From Tubulanus polymorphus (lineage: Eukaryota; Animalia; Nemertea), in assembly GCF_964204645.1 (NCBI RefSeq), contig NC_134028.1, forward strand, positions 4,216,001-4,280,000: a DNA stretch of 64,000 nt. Direction: 5' to 3'. Position 1 is the stretch's first letter; each line of letters begins with the position of its first letter. Shown here piece by piece: positions 33,437 through 47,610 of the stretch. A program made the position numbers and the translations under genes. The notes beneath the pieces were generated by a model. That model ran no database searches. It was not told the DNA's origin and was given only the letters and a program-made list of their open reading frames with translations.

Positions 33437-36400
33437 GACGACGATTGACCAATTGTACAAAACGGACTTGGTTGCGGTCACAAAGTTGAAAATCGTTCAA
33501 TTCATTTCAGCTGCTACCTTTCCCGCTTTCAGAATTATGTATACAGTATGTATATCAGTCACATTCATGATAACAGATTCTGCTTTCCGAATATAAGAAT
33601 GTTTCAGTTCTCATATACTATACATATATGTATATACAAATATATACTCGGGAAGTCAATGCGTGCATTTTCAACGACTGAACCGGAATGTTTTTATTGT
33701 CCGATGATGATAGGGCACAATCGGTTGGTATCGATTAATTGCACGAAAAACGAGATAAACTCTGAATTTTATACGGGTTTTATAGTTTTATTGGTTTAGA
33801 AAACAAGTCTCCGGTCGTTCGGTGCAGGTTTTATGTACGAACGCGTATACGGTTTAGAATAGCGCGAGTTTTGATATTGGAAAAAGGTTGAAATTACCGG
33901 TAAATCTACGTATATATATATATATATGTAAATTCATTTTTTGTGTAACCCGGATTTCAACTTTAGACTCTACGGTTGTTTATACGCTAAAAAGTTTCGG
34001 TTGAAAAACAGCCGCGCCCAGGACTCAACTGCTGCTTGACGTTAAATTTGTGACAGCTGCCGCGGGCACAATTCGAAATAATAATAACTTTCATCCATAC
34101 TTTTCAGTTGTATATAGATAAAAATACACCCTAAACGACTTGTCAATCGTTTGAAAGCGCAGCGAAAAACCTAAATAATCTAGGGTCGAATTAAACAATG
34201 TTTTCCTCTTGTTAAACTTGTCGGCACGCCCAAGTAACTATTAGAAATAGATCGCATACTTACGTACAGAAATAGGAGCACTTTGAAAATCGATGCGCTG
34301 AATACTTTATAGAAACTTATTTCATAGTTTCAAATAACTTTATAAATCTCCACCTCGCCCTATAGCGGAATTCGCTCGCGGCAAACGAAGCAAATTCACT
34401 TGATCGAAATAAAATGACTGCAAACTGATTGTTTAGTGTGTTTTATTTTCAAACATGACGTTTCCAGTTGTTTTTCCATAATCATCTCTGCACGACACGT
34501 AATTCGTATAGCAACTTGCGCTTTAGCTCGTGCATATCTGTCATCTTTCTATTTCCGCGCTCTCGCCAACAGAATGTCCGCACAAGCGAAAACGAAATCC
34601 GTCTAAATTTCCGACAAAAGTTTACTCCATGTCATCACAGATCTGCTGACTACGTTCATCATGTATCTATTTCTTCGAAACTTATACATAAAAAAGTATC
34701 GTGTTCATATATAGAAAATGTCAGAGGTGATGGAATCGAAAACCCAAAAACTCAAGAGGTAGCGTGTCTGAACAGGTATCAAATTCTTTAAAAAAGCTGT
34801 TTTTGACGAACTTGGAATTACCAAACCATTTAATCAGAATTCCGAAGTCCCGTAAATAAACGTTGGCAACATCTTTCTGGATAGATTGACATAATAATGA
34901 TTTTGTTCATAATGATTGTTGGGCGGCCATTTTTATAGTATCCGACATCATCGATTCGAACCGTTCATGGACGCGCCATTCAATCTGATTTATAGCGATT
35001 CGCGCTGCAACCACCGAAAGTGCAAATAAATTAAAGTAAACGTATTTTAGGAGATATAATGTCTTCACATAGTAATTGATGTCAGTATTTCAGTGTAATC
35101 TATGGTTTACTGAATGTCTGTAGGAAACATTTCACGACCAGATTCATTTGGCTCTTGTATTTATTGCGCCATTATATGCCAGGCAATCTGCGATGAATCA
35201 TTTTATATTGCCGAACATTCTGAAATCTCCACATATAAATACATCTTGCAGGAAGATATACGCGCCGTTTATCGCTTATAATAAACCAACTCTTGGTACG
35301 GCAAAGAATTTGCCCCAAGTCGGCGGCGTCTGCAGTAGTTGCAGAATTGGCTCGCAACCATTAGCATGATAAACGGCCGAATTCTTAAGCCAATTAATAA
35401 CACAATTCATCAAAGGCCCGGCTCGTTATCGTAAATCAAGGCAGATTATTGGCGGTGTATGGACTACTAAATATTATTTATATGCCGATTAATCGTGGCA
35501 AGAGGAAGCGGCACGATCGACCGTAATATGTGTGCTCAAGCTATGCTGACAGAGACATATTGCGCTGTGCCTTTTATTGTCACTAATATCGCGATTTATA
35601 GCGTTCAGCAAAAATATTGCATTAAGTAGATTACGTTGTTTTATCTGCTGTAGGAACGATCGGCTGACAATTTCCGACTGATTTACTGACACCATGTACG
35701 TGTTCACGACACACTTATTGGAATTTCCTGACACGATATCCAATAAACAATGCACACACCACACACACACACACAACACCCGCCCGCGCTCGACACTCAC
35801 GAAATGAGACACATAAAACGATAAAAACAACAACAGCAACCGGTCATCTTCTTGACAGAGTCATCAACTAAAGTTATCCAGATCCTTTTTCGGTAGAAAA
35901 ATGTAGTGATCGGTACTGGTCAGATGTAGTGATAATACTCTTGTAAATGTTTCTTCTTGCTTTGCCTGGCGTCATTCGGATCTCGGTTTCCCAAGACAAC
36001 CATATTGGATTGTTGACGTGAAGTGTTTGCCCTCACACTGTTAGCAGGACTCGAACCAGGTTCACTATAGATGCCCCTTGTCATCATACGTTTGGAGTTG
36101 CGGCGAAGTGACGATCACAGCCATAACCAAAATCCATTCGAATGAATGCATTGACGGGACAGACGATTGATGAATATTATAATAAATATCGGCCTTCATC
36201 GCCGTACAAGATTGATGTTGTATGAAATAGTATTTATCTTACAGAGTTTGTCAGGTCCATCTATCAAAATGTAAGCAAAGTAAATCAATCATTGGCAGCT
36301 GTCGAACCGAATTGGAGTGGGATAAATTTCCCTACTATACAAACGGATACTTGATGTGTAAGAAGGTCATTTTCGCTTTTTCTTAAATCTATAATAAGCC

Positions 36401-39400
36401 ATCAACAAATATTTTGTAGCCGATAAACACTGAAAGAACAAAGCGGTTTGTCCACTAGGTGGTGCTGGTTGTGCGAGCCGAGGAAGTGGATGTGACGTCA
36501 GAGTCGCGAATTACATGACCAACAAAAACAAAACGGGGATTTAGTATCTTTGGGGTCTTCCATGCAAATAGCTTTTTCGCTTGCCCGTCAACGCACGTAG
36601 CTTAAAAGGGATGTCAGTACCATTAAATGACAGTACCATTGATGGAACTCAATATTTGTAATACAAAATGTGGCATTATTTGATACAAGCTGACAGTAAA
36701 ATATATCAAAATCAGCGGGATAGTGTTTGATGGTGTGTTTCTGACAAATATAGTCCGTCAGAACACTCGGTATTCATGATTTATCGCCTACCGGTAAACA
36801 TTTGCCTATCACCCGGCCATGATCCCGACGCGCCGTATCCCCATGTAGTCGAGAAGTAAAGTTATCGGATGACGAAACGACGGTAATCACGGCACAAACG
36901 ATTTCAATTTATCATATTTGTCCGACAGATAAATCCTACATGATTATAGAACTCATTAAATGTGGGGCTTACCACGACAGTCGTGCCACAATCGAAAACT
37001 GTTCCGTGACACGTGGCCTCGGACGTCAAGCCATTTTTTTCGACCAAAAAGAAATGAAACCGGCATCAGATGTGTCTTAGATGACAAAGCGATAAAAATA
37101 GCACGATTTACTCGATTATTACTCGGATTCAAAACCTTATACAAGATAAGAATGCCCAGGACTCTGGTGGAGTGCACCGAGGGAATTTCAGCGGCGGTAC
37201 TGTAGAGCAGTCAATGGCAGAAATTAAAAGTGGTTTTCCTGAAGCAGCAGGGACACCGAGGCCCCAATCACGACAGCGATTATATAAAGCACCCAGAGGA
37301 AAATGTTACTGGAATATTAAGCGTGTTGTTGATTTATGGTTATTGCTGTATCATTGGCGACGGGCCATTTTTGTCGGCACATTGTCCAGGCATAAATCGG
37401 CCGGATCTCGAAACATAATTCACGGCGGCGTTGCATAAAACCGATCATTAACCCGCTGATTTATAGCGGACGCTGAAACTTGCCTCCATTCGCCGGGCAT
37501 AAACGCGCAATTTATCGCGTTCGCTTATATCGTCTTTGTCGGCGCCGCGCGAGAAAAATGATTTATTTCGATGAAATTTTGTCGTTATAACGGTTGAAAT
37601 TATATGTAAAGGCCGACAGGTGGTCATCTTGTATGGTGTCGCGTCGAATTTATATACCGAGCGAATTCATAAATCGACGTGACAAAGGCAGTTCCTTGTG
37701 GCGTATGAAAATCTCATCAATTTTTGCGATAACGCGGTGTCAGGATTCCCGCATAACAACGTCCCGGTGAATAGCGCTTGCGTACAATGATGATTTCAGA
37801 AGTAAATGAGTTTGAAAAATTACACTAAATTACCCAATTGAAGCGTTCGCTTTTGTCACGTTGTCGCGGTGTCGTACCGGTTTATGACATATATAAATTG
37901 ACCATATGGTTTCGTGAAACGAGTAAAAAGTCAATTCATGCAGATAGTTATAATGGGTGTGGAATATTTCGACAATAATTATAATGTAGCGAGAAGAATA
38001 TAGTAAAAGAAGATCGATGGTACTGTTGAAGGTTGACTTAACATATTTCATCAGTGTTTGTCACCGCGGGATTGTACAATGAACGATGACCTGTCGTGCA
38101 TTTCTTCGAGTCCAATGTTCACAATAATAGATTCATTCGTACATAAGTAAATTTTTGAATGATTACATCTATTCTGCTATACGATTAGATGACGAAAATC
38201 AATTTTCATCACAGCAGATCGAATACGAATGCTATTGAGGAGTGAAGAAGGGAACAAGACGCTGCAGTTTCATTAATGGTCGAGGGTTGTTGTGTACCAT
38301 GCACGTTCAAGTGATGCTGGTCTGGCTCCCGAGAAGTCGCGGCATTCTTCAACATGATGATCAGAACGATTGGGTCAACGAAGACTCTGATATCAATACA
38401 CTGGATTGTGAAGAAGATGGTGAAAAACTACTATTTACCTAGTTTTACAACCTATATAAGCTGTGGTATGCTTTACCTGGAATTAGCGAATAATTTCACA
38501 TTTAAACCCAAATTCCAAAATAAATTCCTGGTGTAACATTAAATGTATACATTTGTTCTATTCTTCCAAATTCTATGAACCAATCTCATTCAAGCATATA
38601 TAGTACTAAACTTGAATGTTCCTTCAAAGCGTAAATCATTCGTTATAACGTACACCCAGTCATCGCGACTTTGCAAAGGATGAATTTGATAGATCGGTTT
38701 CTTTTCATTAATTACTTAGAAATTAATATTTCATGCACCTTCGCCGTCGTCGGAAGCGTCTCGGTGACAGCCATGTCTAAGAAAGAAGTTCAAATTGTCA
38801 TTTTTCAAGTTGACAGCGCCGCGGCTCGTACAAAGCCCAAAGCGGGATCATCTGAGAGTCATTCCTCAACGCCGTGTGACAGAGCTGACAGTCCACGTTG
38901 TAAAATGGTTCTGGCTTGTTACTTTGCAGTGAAAAAATGCCAAGTTTTTATAATAAATGATAGGCTCCAGGGATTGGAAGACACAGCCTGACACGTAGGT
39001 GCCAAACTCCCGTCACAGCGAAACAAACGAGCTGCAATTATTGAATTCTTCTGCTTTCATTTTGACAAGTGATTTCGCGTCTTTCTTTTGTATCAAAACG
39101 ACATTAAAGCGTGAAAAGTACCTATATATCAGTTGATGTAACACGACTGTGAAATGGAGTTCGAAGTGAAATGAAAGATTTATCCTTTCATGGGGGTATT
39201 TCGATTGTTTTTGTTCGGACCTTGGTTTCCCTGAGACTAACAACCTCTGCTGTTGTTCACGATAGACTTGTTTCTGTAAAAGCAGTTAGCGGGACCCGAA
39301 CACGTTTGTCACCACTCAGCACTGATCGTGCATCGTGTCCAACTCCCTCGGCTACTGGAGTCGTATCAAAATAGTCAGTATTCGATAAAACCAGAGATTA

Positions 39401-40737
39401 GGGGACAATATGGCTCTAACATATAGATCGTAAACTATTACGTATACGTGTGTTACTTTGTGTGTCCTGATAGAACGAAATATACTTCATCAAAAGATGA
39501 ACCCATCTGTTTCAAACTGATAAGGCCCAAACGACAAATCGATCAAGTCAAAGATTCGCTAATGTTTGTGAGAAACAAGTGACTCAAGACCCGAAGTAAA
39601 GAAGTAGTTATTTCGATTATAATCGATGGGCTTCACGGTTCAGGTCGTCGTAGTTTACAGAATGACTGCGTCCTCATCATTCACAATTTACTGTACATCA
39701 TATTTGATTGAACATCTCTGAGAGGTGACAGTCTTTCTAAACAAGAGTTCGTGATTGATTGGCTCGAGTCGATTGGCGCGTCAGCGGTACCATTATGCCA
39801 CCAACAATCGCGCAGAAACGCTTGACAACCGACCGTAGTCGCGCTTCTATAACGTTTCAATAAAACGACAATCGCAATTAATAAATGACTTTCTTGCAGG
39901 GTGTTTTTTGGTTTCAATAGGAGACACACCGCGTCTGACAAGTTGATATATGGGGTATCTGCGGTTCATTTCCATATACACTTTTTTTTCAATATGTCAG
40001 CGGTAACGGGTAATCAAATGACCCATTCGTGGAGAAACGGCTTCTAGCGTAAAACATTGCTGGCTCAACTTGATACCGTCAGATGGCGATGGGTGTCTGC
40101 ATAACGCGCCATCTATATGCAACTATGGCTCTTACACTTTGTGGGCATTCGAATATTTTCACGTGGCAATATATGAATTAAGATAATGTGATTCAGTCGG
40201 GCGATCGACATGAAGCATCTGTACTTGGTTATATATAATATATATGTGTCGTCGTCGTGTAATGAAGGTATATATAAACGGGTAGAGACGAGCAGTATTC
40301 ATATCGAATCGGACATTAATGTATTGGTTCGGGTTAAATCACGGCGGCTAATAACATTTGTCAATGCTTGTGATGTCGGCTTGACAGATTCGATGCGATA
40401 GATAGACAGCAGAGCTATTGGATTATAGCAGGTTGCTTTTATGATGGATCGAAATAGACTTACACACAGACAGGAAATGCCAAGCGAAAGCCAGTCGCCC
40501 GCGTCGATTGAAGAAATGTATTTCTTTACAGATAATGCCTCGGGAGGCTGCTCGCGGATTTGTAAAACATTTTGTACGACACAAAAAGCCTGAAACAGCG
40601 CAATACAGCTCGGCCCATTTTTGGAAGCAACAGGTTAACCATGCAATGGCGAAAAAAGCACCAGCCACAAACTGACGCTCAAATTCGAACGAACGAAAGT
40701 GTGGTTATGAATAACAAGAACCACTAGTTCTCTTTTT

Positions 40738-40768
40738 TCTCTCTCTCTCTCTCTCTCTCACTCACTCT
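40738..40768. repeat. (CT)n microsatellite
   Basis: About 10 CT units, followed by CACTCACTCT. Confidence 0.85.
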
Positions 40769-41819
40769 AAATACAACACGAAGATGACATTATCTGATAC
40801 ATAAACTAAACAGAACATTACCCAAACTAAATTAACCAAGATTCACCACTTCTGGAAATGTATAGTGCGCCGAAACATCACAGTGAAATATGGCCTTAGT
40901 CGCTCGTGCCTAATCCTTGCCGGGCATATTTCAGCATTTAGGATGCATCATTTGATTCCAAATTGACAGCTATGGCCATTGCGAACGCTTGTTAATTTAG
41001 ACTGGCGGAGAATCGGGCGGTAATAGGGTCCAGCATCCCGGGGTTAGTGCAAATTAATTGCTTCCTAACTCAATTTATTCGCTTCTATCTGATCCGCGGG
41101 TGAGTTTTCTTGATCCCCGGTGATTTGGCATAATGAATTTCTCCACGATACCAGTTAAGTTGATGCCTCGGACAAGACGCCCTGTGATGATAGCCGTTTT
41201 ATTGTCGTTCCTAAGATTTATTGACCCGAGTCCTTCTTAGCGTAATCTCTGGTTCTTTGTGAATGTAATATGCGGTAAAATGGCCTGAAATATTCCCATT
41301 AACGACGGCAGCATCGCGCCACACAAGACCCGTACCTATCATTAGCATCCTACATTACTATGACAACAACGACTTGAGCCGAGAAATTATATTTTCGCTG
41401 TTATGACTTCAACTTGAAGAGTGGTTTTATCGGCGATTTATGTTTAGACGCCAAAAACAGTAAGTCGAGAAAATTAACCGTTATTCAGACTTAGAATCAG
41501 AAGCTTTACACGCGTATTTCTGGCAAAATTGTTTTCGCTAGAGCGCATGTAACACTTTTCACTAGTTTGATGTGATGATAAAACAATGGAAAGAAGAAGA
41601 AAAATGTTTACTACTTCAAATGTGAAACTGTAAAGAGCACGTCAGATACAGCTGTTGCTTGTTCATGTTCGATTAAAAGAACATCAATCACAGCTTCGCC
41701 AAGTGAAGACCTCGTAAAAATCTAAATCATATATATATAACTTGTCACAGGTTTCACGCAATAGCGTTTGAAAAGTCTCATGCTTCTCGAATTTCTAGGT
41801 TTTCTTTGCTTCAGTTAAA

Positions 41820-42185
41820 GTACCAAAGAATGAACACGGGAATATCTTAAAGTGTTAACTTCAAATCTTGGAATTCATGCTATATACTTCTGCGAGTTAC
41901 GCAGCAACAATTTTAGGTTTTCATCGGGGGTTAGATTGAATCTACCAAAGAATGAGGACAGCAATATCTTGAAGTGTTCATTACTTCAAATCTTGGAATT
42001 CATATACTTCTGCGAGTTACGTAGATTCCACGCAAAACGTGAGAGAATTTTAAGGATTTCTTTGGCAGATTAAATGTATGCCTCCCAAAGAATCAAAGAA
42101 TCAAAGCGTTAGGGATATCTTGAAGTGTTCATTGTATCAAATCTTGGAACTATACAGTCATAATATATCTTTCTCTGCGTTTCAT
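41820..42185. repeat. Degenerate tandem repeat, 3 units of about 125-140 bp
   Basis: CCAAAGAAT...ATATCTT(A/G)AAGTGTT...TCAAATCTTGGAA recurs at about 41823, 41945 and 42084. Confidence 0.85.
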
Positions 42186-42869
42186 AGATTCCAGCTAGTT
42201 TTCGTCATAAACTTTTCGAATGTACGGTGATTCTTTTTTCATTTGACACCAATCTAGTTAGTCTTGAGAGAGTATAGACTGAATTATAACCAAACCACAC
42301 CACGAAAAGACGCTAATTTATCAACCACTTTTAATCGGGCCGGACACTTTTCCCATGTAATTAATTATGAGATAGGAAAGATATCTGTCAGTTTTCGACG
42401 ATCGACAAAGCCAGGATTTGACCATCATCGAATCGGTGAATGGGTGGCATGTTCACCCTGTCAAAATCTCGCAAATGACTCCGATCGATCAAAGCAAATT
42501 ATTTATTCCCGGCCCGTATACGGCTGACAGAGCTATCCGGAGTGTCTTTGTTTAGGTTAAAACGCCCGTTCTAGTTTGATTAACAGTCTATTGAGTGTCT
42601 TGACAAGTCTTGTAAAACTACAAGTCACCGTTATAAATTGGCTTGCACACAATCAGCGCATGAAATGTCGTCTTTTCTCTTCCGAACAAAAAACGCATCA
42701 TTTTTCTTACTAGTGCATCTTCACAAAATCAGGGACTAGAAGCCAGCAACTAAATCAAGACATAAAGCACATATACATATTAATGAATATAAAAATTGAC
42801 CTATTTCCAGTTTGTCCATTCTGATTAGCCTGCTAACAACTTTACCTATTTCTACCCCACAGATCGTAA

Positions 42870-42941
42870 TCCTCGGTAGTATAGTGGTGAGTATCCGCGC
42901 CTGTCACGTGCGAGACCCGGGTTCGATTCCCGGCCGGGGAG
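42870..42941 (+). tRNA. tRNA-Asp (GTC)
   Basis: TCCTCGGTAGTATAGTGGTGAGTATCCGCGCCTGTCACGTGCGAGACCCGGGTTCGATTCCCGGCCGGGGAG forms a cloverleaf with anticodon GTC, G73 and a T-run terminator. Confidence 0.97.
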
Positions 42942-45900
42942 AATTTTTCTTTTCATAATTTTGATATAAATTGCCTTCTTCTGTGTTTGTATTAAATCCC
43001 AGAAAAGCTGAAGATATAAAAAATTTAAAAAAAAGATCGATAAGTTTCCGAAAGATTTACGACTGATAATTTATGCTCTCTGGGACCTTTGGGCGTCATA
43101 AATACATGTGTGTTTATACTATTGATATATACGTGGATATTATCTAAGATAAACTCGTTCGACAGTGATGAATGCCTCTCACGAATTTTTTTATTTGCGC
43201 TGTCTGCGTCAGCCCGCTGAAAATTGATGATTTATTTACGACAATCTTTATTTATCAGTTCATCGGCCGATAAGAATATTTCTTGTATGAGTCAATCATT
43301 TTCTGGTCGGATTAAGTCGAGCGTTCGAACTGCTAGTTACAGTCGGAATAGCTTCAAATTCCTCATTTTGTCATCTGGGAACAAACTTTGCACGTGAAAA
43401 CATTTTACAATTTTGAGAATGACGACATGGCGATTTCACGCTAAAAAGTGGACTGCTCCAGGGCTTTTCCCCACAACCGAGCGAACTTCGGTTTCGTAGT
43501 TACTCAACTCTACGAGCAATCGTTGAGATGATTGCTCGTAGGTCAACTTTAGTGATCGGAGCTAATAACCGAATGCACTATTAAAAACCTCGCATTACAC
43601 TGTGTCGGCCATCTTGGAACTTGATCTGGTCCGTGGCGGTGCTCAGTTGCGCAGTTCGCTATACTCGAATAACCGAAGTTCGCCCTGGATCTCAGATTCA
43701 CTGGGCTGTAAATAGGTTGAACATATTTTACCCGTTTGAAAATATTGCTGCTGGGAACTGAAAAGATGGTTTCGTGTTTGTTTAAAACGTGTTTCTGAAC
43801 AAGATCCACTGATGATTGTTAGGCGTCGTGTTTGTTCGTCCTTGTTCTCGAGTTGAGACTACACTGGAAAATAAACAATGTTCAACACCTTCTCTACAAC
43901 TAGTAAAACGTCATAATTACACATGTTCGTTAATTTTTAAACGTGTTCATTTGCTCATACTCGTCGAACTTAGTTTCATACCGGTACTGAAATATATAGA
44001 CCTATTACGTCATTTGGACGTCAAGCGCCAACAGCTATCTGAATTTTACTATGTAGTTAATCTTTTGTAATAGCCTTGGCTGAAAAATTGAATCTTAACC
44101 TTGATTGTTATAAAACTATTTTCCAATTTGCTTTGTTTGTATGTATATTTGTATATGATTATTTTTCATATTTCATATTTTGTATTCAATTTTGCCTCCA
44201 TGTACCATTCTCATGGTTGGAGCGAAATGAATATCTCATCAGAATAAAGCCAATTTTGACGGCAATTTTACGTCCAATATGACGCGTGTAAACAATACGC
44301 GCGCGTGGCATTTTTTTTTTCGGGGAATCATTAATTTTTTTCGCTTGACACCGGTATTAAAAGTCATTGTTTACGAGATATTTCAAGGTCACTTCATAAT
44401 TGGAAGTTGATGATGTATTGATATCCCCACGGATTAGGACAAGGTCTGCGCATGTGCGCGCGCACAAAACATGGATGTGTTATTATCGGGCGGTAATTCG
44501 CGCCGGGCTCGTAAACAACACGAAATAACAGCCGGTCATAAAAACACAAGCCAGAAGCAGAAAGGCTCGTAAAAACAGAGTCTTTACTTGGCCCGGGCCA
44601 TTAATCAGCGGTCGTAGTTTATATTTACTAAACCCATAAATGCCACTACTAACGATTTAGCCGATAAAGTATGGGCTTCATGTGCAATTTGGAGCCTTTC
44701 AGTTTTGATTTACAAAATTTACCAGCACCATTTATCAGCTTTATGGGTCGCTCAGGGTAATTTGTCATCCTTTTTCATTACAACCGATAACATGCCGACT
44801 ACCTTTGAAAAACGACCGCGGCCACCACTTTATATATGCATAGAGGGTCATATATCATGATTTTGTGTGCGGAGTTGGCGGGCGGCCGCTTTTGACTATG
44901 ATAGCGTCTCAGTAACACAAAGTGCGTAGTAGCGCAATAAACAACGTTTTATGGTCACATTAACGACCCCGAAGAATCCCTTTGTGTTCAACTTTTAAGC
45001 TAGTATTATTTACAACTTCAATATAATGTGCGGTTCTGTGTTTCAGCTTGTTTATTACCGAGGGATGCGGTGCAGTCCGTCGCCAAATACTAAACAACAA
45101 CCACTTTGATGTCTAGTCGGCTCGTCGAGAACTCGAAATAAAAACTAGGAGCTTTATTATGAGAATCATGCCGGCGATGAGAGATGCGGTCAGTCGACGC
45201 GTTTTAGATGTGTTTTAGTTTATGCATCCTTTGATGTAGTTTCACATTACACTCAAGTCAAATGTCGCAGTTAAAACAAAGAAAGACATGTCAACTTCGA
45301 CTGCATGAGAATGTAATGATTTATTAAAATGATTAGCATTTAGAAAGCCATCAAAATAAACTGCAGTCAGCGCAACAGCTAGTTCTGCGACGTAACCCAG
45401 AAGTGGCTTGCGTCTTCGTTCTTGTCGTTAAGATTAATTCGCATTTGGTATTCAACTAAGATATGTAGGCCTATTCGTTGTTCGTAGCTGACGTAACGTT
45501 CGATTTTAAACTGCAGTCAGCACAACTAGATACATTGGAGACAGTTCTGCAAAATAAAACAGTGGCGGACACGATCCTAAATCCCAAGTTATATATTTAC
45601 ATACGAGAAAAGTCGATTTCAGTTGAAAACAGAAAACTGTTTATAATCACGCAAGATTTGAGTTGAGCGACGTCTTGTTTGATATTCGATTAATCAAAAA
45701 GGTGATATATTTATGAGCTTTCGTGGATGTCTGGTTTGATGGATGAACACGAGATGAACGAACAAAAAGACGAAGAAGAGGCGATAACTTACTGGCATAT
45801 CGGTCCAAGTGGCAGGTGTATGTGATAGGGTCATCAATCATACGTATTATAACGACATGAACGTCGCACAAAACACATCACTTCGACTTTGAAAATATGT

Positions 45901-46013
45901 TCGTATTTGGTGAGATTTTATGCACGATTCGTCAGTTGAAATTCGGATCGAAAATTGCCACCATTTAATTCATCCCGCCTGACGAAGCATTTCAGATTCT
46001 GTTTACACTTCAG

Positions 46014-46139
46014 GGATCGGTTGCATAGTCATGGCTTAGACTTCAGACCTGTCTAAGACCGACTTCTATAGCCAATCTAACAACTTAAGACCAGTCTTAC
46101 GATTTAAGACCACTTTTGGACTTAAGTCACGACCGGGCC
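46014..46139. mobile_element. Short Harbinger-type MITE
   Basis: CAG|GGATCGGTTGC ... ACGACCGGGCC|CAG with repeated TAAGAC motifs. Confidence 0.65.
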
Positions 46140-47610
46140 CAGTGTCTTTTTTCCAATGAACAATTTATTAAAGGATTTATAGAATTAGAGGCCAGAAATT
46201 GATTGATAACGTATGCACCGCTGCCCGTGAGATGCACGGACCCTGAGCCCGGTTGGTTCTCGAACCATTTCACGAATAACGACGAGGATTTGAAATGTGA
46301 ACTGGTTGTTTCTGTTGGGTGCGGTATCTCTGATTGCGACAAACAGCAGTCTAATCAATCAATTTCTATGGGTGAAAACTTCAAGGGAAATTCAAACGAC
46401 GTAAACGACGCCAGGAAACTCGACTCCGACACGACGTTCCTCTTTAGTTGGATATTTATGGGCAATTCAATGATTTAATTGTCTCGACTCGATTATTGAT
46501 TAGCTCGTGTAAACACCATTAATTTAGGAAATTCCTCCGGCAAGTCAACGCGTTTAGAATGGATTCTTTCCAGCTTGGAAATTTCATTGCATTAAAACGC
46601 GCCGCGCCGCGACGTGCGTTAGCAGTAAATTCATTTGTCTAATCTCCAGAGTGCGAGAAAAGTGGAACTGGAAATTAGAGCGGAACTCCGGAACTTGTAC
46701 ATCATCCTCGGAACATGTCAAGCCTACCCGGAACTATTTCATCATCTGAGAATATTGAGCCTTTATTGCCATTCCGAGATGATGGTTATTTTCACGCTAC
46801 TGTATATGTGAATCAACGATTGCGTATTACTTTTACCTCGCGTGGAAAACTGCGCTATAAATATTTAATCAGATATAAAAAAACGAGGGCAGAGGATTGT
46901 ATAATACAGTGGAAAAATATCAATTTCTCGTATTTTTTTTTGGGGGGGGGGGGGTATCATATCAGATTACATGATCGAATAGCCGCAAAACCGCTCATCA
47001 TTCACTGGAAACTTGGACAGAAAAGAAAAAGAGATTGTTACACCGAAACCATCTCTCATCTCAGAGAATTCAAAAAGTAATTTGTAAACTGAGAATGTAT
47101 CGTATAAGATAAAGTGGTTTAGTGAGGGATGAACGTTTCTATACCTGGAGATTGATGACCGTCGAATGGTACGAGGGATGATACACGCAGTCATCTCTCT
47201 TCACGTTTCGATGATATATCGAGGCTCTAATTTACGAAAAATATGTATCGTTCGGATGATAAATTCGAACACGATAATGATAAATGATGAACGAACTATA
47301 TGACATTAATCTCCGCACGTACAGCCTCATTCTATATGATAAATTTCTCAAACGCAAATAAACGGAATCAACAAAATGAATGAGTAACAGACGAACAACA
47401 GTCACATTGCTAACTCTTTCATCAACGTGGCTGTAATGCGACGACGTTTCGTTCCCTTTAGACCTCGAAAATGACTCTCGAATATTCCAGACGCACACAG
47501 TCATTAGATTGTCCTATTATCCTGTTTATATATAAACATTTTTCTATGAAATGAACTTGAATCGAAGCGAATTCGCGTAGATACGAGAAGATGCACAATA
47601 TCTCCGAATA

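Noticed and set aside
38340-38420. Acidic coding-looking stretch HDDQNDWVNEDSDINTLDCEEDG, also with ATGATGA...CTGA
   Set aside because: There is no convincing splice acceptor or partner exon, and the C and D boxes are too close together for a snoRNA.
39228-39250. TCCCTGAGAC, matching the start of miR-125/lin-4
   Set aside because: The rest of the mature sequence does not match, and there is no complementary star arm.
41820-42185. Repeat-spacer-like array suggestive of CRISPR
   Set aside because: The context is eukaryotic, the long degenerate units have related intervening sequence, and there are no cas genes. It is an ordinary tandem repeat.
46127-46342. ORF containing VKWFENQ, resembling homeodomain helix 3
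   Set aside because: It lacks the rest of the homeodomain (WFQNRR, helices 1-2) and runs into a MITE.
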